Below, piece by piece: positions 53,801 to 64,000 of a stretch of 64,000 bases of DNA. How positions within the stretch are numbered: position 1 is the stretch's first letter; each line of letters opens with the position of its first letter. This stretch comes from Lingula anatina. Its lineage: Eukaryota; Animalia; Brachiopoda. The translations under genes and the position numbers were made by a program. The stretch lies in the NCBI GenBank assembly GCA_051362555.1, contig CM120649.1:5518001-5582000 (forward strand), given 5' to 3'. Below the pieces are notes generated by a model. The model was not told the DNA's origin, did no database searches, and saw nothing but the letters and a program-made list of their open reading frames with translations.

Positions 53801-54051
53801 TTATGTGCTTTTCTTAAGATGTGACTTATGGGCCTGAAGGATCTTTGAGAGGGTCAGTCTGTAAATTTCCCTTGGGTATCACTTACCTAAGTTCAGAGTT
53901 ATAAAGTCATTAATAGGCCATTAAATGAGATTACATAAAGCACACTTGTTGATATTTCCCTGTAAACTCCCAAAGGTTAAGCTCTCTGCTAGATTAATAA
54001 TAAGTAAGCAGTGATAATTATGCAGGTAAATTTTGTTTAATATTGCAAATA

Positions 54052-54136
<85 letters not shown>

Positions 54137-54179
54137 AAAAAGATTAAAAGTTTGAATGGCAGCATCATTGGAATTATAT

Positions 54180-54400
54180 TTACCTCTGCCAAGGAGGTTA
54201 TGTTTTCACCCCTGTTTGTCTGTCATCAACATAACTCAAAAAGTTACGGACCGATTTTGATGAAATTTTCAGGAACTGTCAGAAGTGGGCAAGGAGGACA
54301 ATGATTAGTTTTTGGTCGTGGTCCGGATCAATAATCAATCAATAATAATCAACAATTGCTGTCTTGGCAGAGGTCTGCGCTCTTGGAGTGCTTTTCTAGT
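54180..54400 (+). mobile_element. Short nested Helentron/HINE-type element
   Basis: 5' TTACCTCTGCCAAGGAGGTTATGTTTTC with a GTCT microsatellite. 3' inverted CTTGGCAGAGGT, then a GCGCTC..GAGTGC hairpin and CTAGTT. Confidence 0.7.
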
Positions 54401-55856
54401 TTTGTTATGTTTTCCTTTTTAATTTTTTCTCAAACACTGGCATTTGTGACTTTTAACTCTCATCTGCCTGAGGCTCTGCACATTTTCTATATTTCCACAT
54501 AAGCAGTTGTATTGTTTTTTATGTCTTTAAACATTATGTAATATTATTTTATGCACTGTCATCATTTTTCAAATATTGAGACTTTCATCATGAGAATTTG
54601 AACTCTCATGGTCCTGAAACTGTAATCTTACTGAAGGGGTGGATTGAGACTATCTTCTGGGTCTTCCGGAAGATGGTCAGGTTATTAAGTTTATATTGAC
54701 TGGTATCTATTTTTTTCTGTTGGAAGACCATAAAAATGGAGGATGGATCAACATAGATACTTTGGAATACTGTCAGAAAATATCTCTGGGTTCGCTCCTG
54801 TTATTGACCATGGTACCTGTTGTGCATGATTAAAATTCAGTGTTGACTGACAGTGCTATTATAAGCATTATTTATTATTGCATCAAAATTGACAAAATGA
54901 CCTATTTTGCATCTTTATTTTCTGTTTTTTGTCTGTACATTTGACAGCTTTGCTGCCTTGTTTAAGTATCTGATCAATCGTTGGGTAATTTGAACAACAC
55001 GATACAAAAGGTGTAAATTTCCTTCCGAGAAAAACTAGAAAAAAGTTTTTGTTATTTTGCTCAAGACGCCTATGCCAAATATACATTTAGACAAATAATC
55101 TACTCTTTTACACGTGTTAACTGGGGGTCTATCAAACCACTCAAGCACTGATAGGAAAATGGTTCAAGTCCGTGGGTATTAAAATGTCAAAAGAGGTGCC
55201 ATGCTGAGGTTAAAGGTTACCGACAATTGCAGTGACTCTCTGGAGCGTGAGAGAGCAAAATGAGATAGTTTCACTTGTTCAATTAAAAAATTATAGACTG
55301 ATAATGTAAATGATATCTGTCCTTTTATGCACAGGTAAGCCCTGTATTTTTCCAACGATTGAGAGAATCTTAAGTACTGGACACTGCTCAGTTCAACTGT
55401 TGCACCCCAAAAAGCGCTATCTACGTTATGTGTTAGGCATTTATAATAAAAAAGGTGATGCATATCAAGAAATTACAAGGAACATCTCAAAGAATATTCG
55501 TTCATATTTATCGACATAAATTGTAGTGAAATCACAGGAAACAATATAAACACGGAGGACATACGGGCAATAAAAAATGCTGTAACTCGAAAAGGTATAA
55601 ATAGCGAGCCTGCTCAGCAACCTCAGCGCCTCAACTCAACTGAGTAAAATAAACAATAAGCCCGAGGCGGAAACGTGCGTTTTACAAGCTCACAAACAAA
55701 TAATCATAAACCTTGACCCTTTATCTAAATGCGTGGTAAACAACACAAGGTTTCAAACGTGTGGGGAATCACGTTTTAAAGGTAGGACGAGCAGCACTCA
55801 TGGCCTTTATGTAAAGTCTTCTGAACATGTTCTCATGGATCTTAGACTCAAAATAA

Positions 55857-55898
<42 letters not shown>

Positions 55899-58800
55899 GA
55901 GCGTGATGGGATATCGGCAAACACAGGACCGGACGATAAGACTATGTTCAGCGTAGCTATTGAAGCCCTACAATTAATACAAGCAGGTGATATATACCGC
56001 CTATGGTACTCACCTAGCCGCCAATTGATGGAGGGCATGATGACATTTAAAGTAATCTATAATATCTGATAATATCCCTATCTCACGTGACTGATCTGTA
56101 TATGATCTTACAGAAGAAACACGTCAATGATTTTTATTATATATCAGGGGCGGATCCAGGATTATTTGAGGGGGGGGCACGGAGGCAAAGCTCACCCCCC
56201 GCCATTTCCCCCGGCGTCGGGTTCGAGGTCTGCTGGTATTTTACAGGGCGAACGGTACCATTTGATACGGTTTAGAACTATGATTTAGCTAGTCAAAATT
56301 CTAATTTGAAGAGGGGAAAATTGTTGTGAATTTTTCAGAAATAGAAGGGTGAGGGGGGAGGTCAGGACCCCCCCCCCCTGACACCCCACCCCCTAAATCC
56401 GCCACTGTATATAATTTCTGGATAGTGCTTGCGTCGGCGGCACGGTGAAAACATTTGAATAAAGAAATAAAGGGTGTGTGGTTTTCTGAATACAGAAAAA
56501 GATAACCGGATATACTACCGATAACGTTATACGCTTCGTAATAACGAAATCTGTTCCTTTTTTTGTGAACGGAATCTGAATGAAATGCATTCACAGGTAC
56601 AGAGACTAAAAGTTTTTCTAAAATTTAATGGAAAATGTCTTCTGGGAGAGTCATTTCTTGGCTTTTATTTAGCATCAGAAATAGCGGATTATTTGTGTAA
56701 TCAACAATGGACATGTTTTTATGTGCTGGTGAATGCGGGAATTGTCCTATAACACATTAGTTGGGAGTATTCCAACTAAACCAGGAAGTTTTTAAGGTAG
56801 TTTAAAAAAATCTGTGTGGTCACGAGACGGGTTGAAAAAAATGCCTTCAGAGAAAACTAGAAAATATCTTTGTGGTTTTATTTAACGCCAAATCGTGAGT
56901 CGTGCCCACTCTTGCAAATGACAATTGTAGGCCTAAACATCAAATACTAAACAAGTAAGCTACCGTGTGCCCCTCCATTTCGTGGATAAAACTTAATTGT
57001 AATTGGATCAAATGCAGTGTTTGTTTCACTTCTCTACAAATCTCAGCCAACATTACGTACGATCCATCCTTTTTCCCTTTGTATACGTTTTCAGACCGAA
57101 AACAATACAGTCTCTTTAAAAATATGTAGGTCTTTTTGCAAATGTAGATCTTTTAAAAAAGGTTACGTACAATCAAAATGATGACTAATAGGACAATGAT
57201 GCCAGGGTTTATTTTTTCAGGTCACAATCATGAATGAAATCTATACATTAATCTATGAATAACCACGATTTGTATATTATTTCAGCGAAGTCCACATCTA
57301 TAATCGTATACAGTACAGTCTTTTATAGTCTTTTTCAGCAACAACAGAATTATTTTGTCCATGTCTTAACACATTAAAATATGTTAATGAAGGGATTCTT
57401 TAAATGACTACCACATCCAGGAAGTGTTTAAAAGCCAGTTTTATCGTGCAACATCCATGGATCCAAAGGGTGCCGAAATGTCTTCCAAGAACAGAGGGAT
57501 AATACCTTTGTGGTTTTATTTACCTTTGTGACGCAGTTGGTATTGTCAACGACCTGGTAAACACGATAGGTAAACACCTCTCTTTCGTGGGTATAATACA
57601 ATCAAAATGAATCAAATGCAGCCTTAACGAACCAAATAAAATATGGAAGATGAGACAAACCTTCCTATAAAAATCAACATACTTTTATAACATTTATACA
57701 TTTATAACCTCTTGCAAATCGTGCTGGCACGCGTACTTTCACCCAGCTTCACGTAAAGTGAATGTTTCGTCCTCTCCGCTCGTGTAAATGTGTGCCCGAC
57801 TTCTTACCATTCGAGATCAATACAGTCACTTTACAAACACGCGAACATGCCCGTCCTTGACAGCCTATGTACAATGAAATGATGACTAATACAGAAATGG
57901 GGAAACCGCCTGAAAATCCAGAGGACCTGTAAGACTTTTGATATCGCAGGTCCTGGCAAGGTTTATGCGAAAATACAACACATGGTAATAAATCACATGT
58001 TAACATAGACTAACAGATATAAAATAGCCTACTTAGTTCGGACCAGCACAGAACTGGGAGGACCTGCACATTCCCGGGAGGCGAGATCGTGAACACAGAT
58101 CATACTGACCAGGCGTCAAACTGTTATATATGTACCGCAAATAATTGCACTCATTGAAAAATCTACAGAACAGATTTGGAATTTAGACTTAGAATAAATA
58201 AATTATTATTGTTATTACTTTCAGTGTATCGAAAGTTTCCCCTATGTCTGCATCCTAACAGGTACCCCGGCCGCGGGGGGATATTAGTAACTGTCACCGT
58301 GAGCAAAAGATGTCTACCAACAGATACGCACCTGTATGAGCGCCATTTCAGTTGACTTCATAAATTAGTATTTCATAGTCTTTTAAAGGCATGAAGAGAC
58401 GTTCTCGATGTTTTTTCAAATGTGAAGAACTTTCGGGGGCATTTTCAAATACCCCCATTCTCCATGGGCACTATCGGCCTGCGTAGATCAATCCAACTCT
58501 GCGGGTACTCTCGCTGAGTGTAATCAGCTTAACTGAAGACACGCTTCCTAGAGCAGCTATAGGGCCTATACTTTCCACATAATCAGTAAAGCTATAATTT
58601 CCTTTTTTTTACTTTGTCTGCAGCAGGGTAGACGGAATCTGCAGCAAATTGTTACCATTTTTATGTAACTCTACTGTAACATGCTAACATTTAATCACTT
58701 ACTTGACTTAATACAATAGTACACAGGTTAAATTTGACTTCTTAAAATAAGAATACGTTTAATTTTGTCGACTCCTTTAGTACAATGTACATTTTGTGAC

Positions 58801-59429
58801 GATGTATTGTGTTAGTTGAGATTGTTTTATACTGCTACCGCTAGATGTTTCTATAAGTAAAGTATAATCCGGTGTGCTAGTTTGAATCTCTCTTGTGATT
58901 GGTAACTTAAAGATAAAATTGTCCATTGTATAATTGGTTCTGATTGGTAAACGTGTATTAGCTGAACATGTATATAAGGTGTGACTTGAAATAAATCGGC
59001 CTCTTAGCTCCTCTGAGGCCTCTTTGATCATCTCACGTGTCTGAATTCGTGACTAACACCAGTGAGTATTGTTATGTTTTACATGTACCTTCATAAAGCA
59101 CTCGGCCACAAAGGCGTAACAATTTGTAACAACTAGATCGACGTCTTTCGTTAGTACTTTAGTTCGTCAGCAGATTCAAAGCTCATCAGATATTTCTTTT
59201 CTGGAATATCGTTCATTTTCCATGAACATGTAGCATTAAAGCCTCGGTCACAACCGGCCGTACGGGCTCTTGCGGGCTGTTTGCGTCCAATTTTTGCGCA
59301 GAATCTCACGTCCCACTCAAGTCCTTCTTACGAAATTTTGAGTTCGCAGACAGCCCGTAAGCACGTACGCAGGATGTTGGACATGTCCAAAAGATTCTAC
59401 GAATAGCCTGGCCGCAAGCGTAACTTGAT

Positions 59430-59617
59430 ATTCAGACACAATAGGCCTCCTTTACAAGCTGAGTGGACGTGTGTGGTGGGATGCACTCATCCCAACCCAA
59501 ACCTAACTGCCATAGTTTCTGAAATAAACATTTGACTGCAATGGTTAAAGGCATAAAGAAACCGATGGGATCAAAGATCCTGGCAATGACACTAAGAACT
59601 AACATTTCTGTTATCAA
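59430..59617 (-). mobile_element. BEL/Pao LTR retrotransposon fragment
   Basis: VLSVIARIFDPIGFFMPLTIAVKCLFQKLWQLGLGWDECIP matches the Pao 'peptidase A17' region motif. Confidence 0.75.
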
Positions 59618-59627
59618 CTGTTGTGAT

Positions 59628-62380
59628 TGTGAAACACTATATTAGGTTGTGGGCTGTCTTGATGAAGCGCCATCCAGTTGTCAGCACACGCTGAAGAAGC
59701 GCGTGATATAAACTAAGAACCACTCGACTACGAGACACCGGACAGAACACACCTTGGGCATCAAATCCACAATCTGCGAGCAATTCCTTGACCAATACCA
59801 TATCTACTTAATTATACCACTATAGCTGACATTCAGCAATAGTGTCATAGAAGATATTGATCATGGAGCGGTTGTGAAGACGTACCATGATTCCTATGAG
59901 TGGAATATAAGGTAAGTGGTCTACGCCCCTGATCAGGGCGTGACAGCCGCCTTTTTGTGTGTCACTGCTAGTTAGACTGTAGTTATCACAAGGATAAGTG
60001 AATTTAGCCACTCGGGTTCACTTCATTTGGCGACAAGGAAAACCGAGCCCGTTTCCTGTTCTTTGATCAATTTTTGGTGCAAGAAATTTTTAATTCCTTT
60101 GTCTGCCACCAAATATGGATTGGGGGGGGGGGGGGAGTGAAAGTTTATTTAACTCACGATCCGTGTGCAGGGGTGGGAATACTTTTTATTGTCCAACATA
60201 CCCTTGTACGTCCATTTGGTGGTATATGAAAGTAATGATTTTGGTTACTAAATTTAAAGATTAAAAGGAAATTTCTTTCATCTAAATTTGATTATAAAGT
60301 AATCTCACTTATTCTTGGGGATAACATAAGGTACCCCAGACTAATTGGTAGTGATCGGTTAATATATACTGCTATTATCTGTTTCTTAAAGGTAAGGGTT
60401 TATTTTTATAAAATTTATCTTAGAATTTACCATATTTGGAGATTTGTTCAGGGAACAGTTTCTTATTTCTTTGTTTAGGTTGAAGTTTTTCGGGGAATTT
60501 TGAATCAATTTTTGTGGGAAGGTATTTTTGGGTTTACATTTATTTTCAATTTTTTATAAAATTTTATGCAAAAGTGAACCTTTGACTTCATTTATTGTAT
60601 TTCCGGCTACATTTAGCTCAAGAACAGACAGCAGTATATATTCACATTGCCCATTCCATTGTCTTTTACAAAATACCCCTCAGCCCTATTTTTGACCTTT
60701 TCCCTGACCTTCTCAGTGAATCTGAAAGTTCCGGATCACTAGAAGACAGGTCTTCTGATTAACTCGCACACTAATTGGGGACAGGAAGTGCCTCTTTTAC
60801 AGAAATTTGCTGGGTTAGTGTGACCTTTGACTTGTCAAGTTACAACAATGTCAATGGGATCTAAGGTAGATCTTAGTATAGCTACATTGTACCTGTGATG
60901 AGCTAATTAGAGTGCCTGGTATAGGTAAAAAACACGCAGAAGCTCTTTTAGATTTCAGGAGTAATAATAAGGTATCTTCTCGGATGAGCACAAAAATTTT
61001 GGTCAAAACTAAATCTAAAATGTTGCCCCATTTTTATTCTTCAAAACTATCAATATTTTAAAGGGGCAAAACCCAAAACATTATTTCTCCCCAACCTCAT
61101 CCATTTATGATGCCTAAACCTGTCCACAAAGAGCTAATGCAATTCCCCACATCTATTGATTTCTCATTCTCTGAGGTTATAAGTAATGAACAAACAGCTG
61201 AAATTTAACAATTATTAAAGTATAGTGAACAACTCAAAATAACAAAATTATAATTTTTTTTTTTTTTTGTTTATAAAACAGAATCAAAATCTTAGTGTAA
61301 AGTTTAAAGTAAGCCACCCAAGTACATGTGTAATATTCAATCAAAAAATATATATTTAAAAACAGCATATCATTACTAGATATTCAGGAGTTTGAGAAAG
61401 ATATGGAAGAAATTACATAGTCTTTGCCAATTGATTTCTGCATTCCCCCAGCCCAATGTTATTGGAATAGTGAACATTTTGGGAAGGGAAAGAATATCAG
61501 CTGTTACCTTATGTCAAAGTCCATATCCTGAATTTATTTACCCTTTGGGATATTTAACATCAACAAATCCCTCAGTTCAAGCAGTTTTTCGGTGACAGTT
61601 TCCCAACCCTGATCTTGATGATTTGCTACCATACTTGAGAAATCCAAGCCAAAATTTATCCCCTCTTTACAACCCATCCCTTTCAAACATCAGGCACTAA
61701 TCCTGACATGCTTATTCTGGCGCCTGGTAGCCCCCAATATTTGGAAAAATTTCCAAAAATCTTTAAACCCAAACCCATTTAATACACAGGATGCTCCAGG
61801 TGATGTGCCCAGTGTTCCCCATCCAACTATTAGTGGATTATCAAAACATTGGGTACAGCAGCTCTGACTGAAGAAAATCCTGTTGAGTATTCTCATCCAC
61901 CTTTTTTCTACTCTTTAACTTGTTGGAGTCAGAAAGGGCAATAAAAATTAAACCATCTAATTTGCCTAAGGATGAAAAAAAGTTCTCAAAATATACAGGG
62001 CTATCCAAAGTCAGTGAAAACCTCCACCTTTCCCCAAGCCGAGGTTACACATTCCCAGTTATAAAAAAAATTCTAAAGATCTTCTTAAAAATCCTTTAAA
62101 AATTAGGAGGACTGAGAAGACTTCAGATGAGTGTTCCAAAGCTACAGGGAGGTAAATGGCTGGATGGAAAAATTAGTGCAAAGATCACCAGTATATACAT
62201 TGGAGCTTAAGGTGTAACATCATTAACTTATGCACCAAATCAGTGTGTTCCAATTTCTTTTGCTGCCTTGATCAGTGAGCTAAACACTGTTTCAAAGGGA
62301 AATCTCCCAGAAATTTCACATGCAGAGTTCTATCAAGCAGTAAAAAAACCCAAACTAATTTTTAAATGAGTGGACATGCT
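59628..62380 (+). mobile_element. Decayed Gypsy-like element: probable LTR (~59630-60026), PBS and degraded gag with an N-terminal helix-hairpin-helix motif
   Basis: The segment ending ..CACTTCA is followed by TTTGGCGACAAGG (PBS-like). DELIRVPGIGKKHAEALLDFR is encoded at 60897-60960. A gag-like remnant GNLPEISHAEFYQA lies near 62300. Confidence 0.5.
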
Positions 62381-63613
62381 AGGTTTTCTTACTGGCCACA
62401 GACGTGTTCCTAGATCTACCCACACGCGCGTGTTTTATGAATTTAATGTTTCTCATCAAACAAGTGCCACTCCTTAGGTAATTTAAAACTCTATGAACAC
62501 AATAAAAAGGAGGGAAAAATGCCTTCCACGAAAACTGAAAAAAAGTGTGTAGTTCAATTTTACACCCCAAATAAAGACGTAAAGACTGCCAAAATGGCAT
62601 ACAGTCAAGTGTCCAATGCGTTGTGATGAAGGGTTGAAAGTAACTCGTCATACGTCGAAAACACATTTATCTCTTTCAAAATCGTGATTTAAAAATTACC
62701 ATTACAAGAAAGACAGTGAACAGCCTATTTCACCGAATTCTAACATCGCTGATTTATGTATATTTTTTTGTAAATAAATAAAAGCCATTAAAAAACAATG
62801 ATAACAACTTAGAAAAAAGTCACATAGTGATTTTTATTCATGTTTTCTAATACAAAGCAAAAAAAACAAGACAAAAGAAGCACAACTAAAAGTTGTATAA
62901 GTAACAATAATCTAGGATACTAATTTTACTGTTGCAGACATGAGAGTTAACATACAAAAATACACACGTGGAACTTATGAATAGCAAAACAGGGAAGCTA
63001 ATTAAGAGCTTCGGAAGGGATTTTCTTTAACACCATTCTGTACGAGAACCATGCGGCCCTCATATCCTAAATATAATATACTTTTGTAACCAGCAGTTCA
63101 GATACAATGGAAAAAAATTACGCTGAAATCTAACACCATTGACATTTGATTCCGTAAATAATTTTTTTAAAAATTAAAAACTTTTCGAAAAAGTCAGTCC
63201 TTGTCTATCTAATTCCTTTACTCATTTTTCGAGCTTAAAGCAAACAACAAGAAATAAAAGCATTAATAAAAGGTGCATCACTATCTGTCATCTAGAATAA
63301 TGACTTAGCTGATATTATTATGACAGTTAACATACATTAAATGCATACTTAAGCTTTATTGAAAAGAAATGAACAAAAAAAGAAAGAAAAAAAGAAAAAG
63401 GAAAAGAAAACGGACGTTGATTAAGAACCTCTGAAGGGATTTTCTCAAAAGTCATAGCGCATTTGTACCAAGTGACGCTTATGTAACAGTGGATTACCCC
63501 GCTTTAAAAATTCAACGTTTTGAGATATTCTTGGATTTAGTACCTAAAGCTGAAAAAGTTCTAATAACCCTATGCAGTAATCTCTGTGATAAACAAATAT
63601 TTTGCCCCGACGT

Positions 63614-64000
63614 TTATTTACCCAAGCATACGTAACACAAAGCATAATAGTAATAATAATAGCAATACTGAGAAACACCGATATAGGGGCAGTAGTATCC
63701 AAGCCTCAAGCAACTGTCCAAGTAGCAAGCTCGCTTCTGGCGATTACCTCCTGAAATATAATATAATATAATATAATATAATATAATATAATATAATATA
63801 ATATAATATAATATAATATAATATAATAAGCAAAATTCGAGACAATGGCTCACATTTAATGCCCTGCACATTTTATATACAAAGTAATCAATGAGTTTAC
63901 TGCACTGGCACTGTTGTACGTTTTGCACCGAGTAACAATTAACATTTAATAGATTAATCCTGTGCGCACCTGCCGGTGCTTGGGTTTTGGCGCTCTCTAC
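63614..64000 (-). CDS. BRICHOS-domain peptide precursor, copy 6 (partial: end of exon 5 at 64000-63970, exon 6 at 63750-63614); mature peptide ACYLDSCLRLGYYCPYIGVSQYCYYYYYYALCYVCL(GK)
   Basis: Exon-5 donor (CCGGCAG/GT), an intron 5 homologous to copy 5, RQKR site, six Cys with the same spacing as copies 2 and 5, GK-stop end. The 5' part is outside the window. Confidence 0.8.
   Translation of the reverse strand, partial: VESAKTQAPAGAHRINLLNVNCYSVQNVQQCQCSKLIDYFVYKMCRALNVSHCLEFCLLYYIILYYIILYYIILYYIILYYISGGNRQKRACYLDSCLRLGYYCPYIGVSQYCYYYYYYALCYVCLGK

Larger units (their letters stand above)
50689..54960 (+). mobile_element. Helentron-associated non-autonomous element (HINE/DINE-1-like) carrying satellite arrays
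   Basis: 5' perfect hairpin TGTACAGACACA-GA-TGTGTCTGTACA followed by a (GCCGTT)n microsatellite and internal tandem repeats. 3' subterminal GTCTGTACA plus a short hairpin. Inserted in a T-tract with no TSD; the empty site TATTTTTTAAGTATCTGATC is at ~33777. Confidence 0.7.

Overview
AT-rich, repeat-dense eukaryotic DNA, probably from an invertebrate animal; the species cannot be determined from the sequence. The ORF track is misleading because the genes are spliced. Manual GT-AG exon assembly shows a tandem and inverted cluster of six-exon genes: five complete copies (1820-3957 +, 8729-11240 -, 20504-22611 +, 30676-33256 -, 45711-48780 -), one truncated frameshifted pseudogene (~25.5-25.9 kb -) and the 3' end of a sixth gene running off the right edge. 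Each encodes a ~260-aa type II membrane precursor with a short N-terminal tail, a TM helix, a linker plus BRICHOS domain, a furin site (RQKR) and a C-terminal peptide encoded entirely by the last exon. The precursor part is highly conserved between copies. The 36-46 aa released peptides are hypervariable, have 6-7 Cys around an invariant central Gly, are mostly Arg/Tyr-rich and usually end in a Gly-Lys amidation signal. This looks like a diversifying family of BRICHOS-chaperoned, long three-disulfide beta-hairpin host-defence peptides. The rest of the window is segmentally duplicated flank with decayed LINE (Rex1/Babar-like, RTE-like), LTR (Gypsy, BEL/Pao), CACTA/EnSpm, Helentron/HINE and MITE insertions plus micro- and minisatellites.
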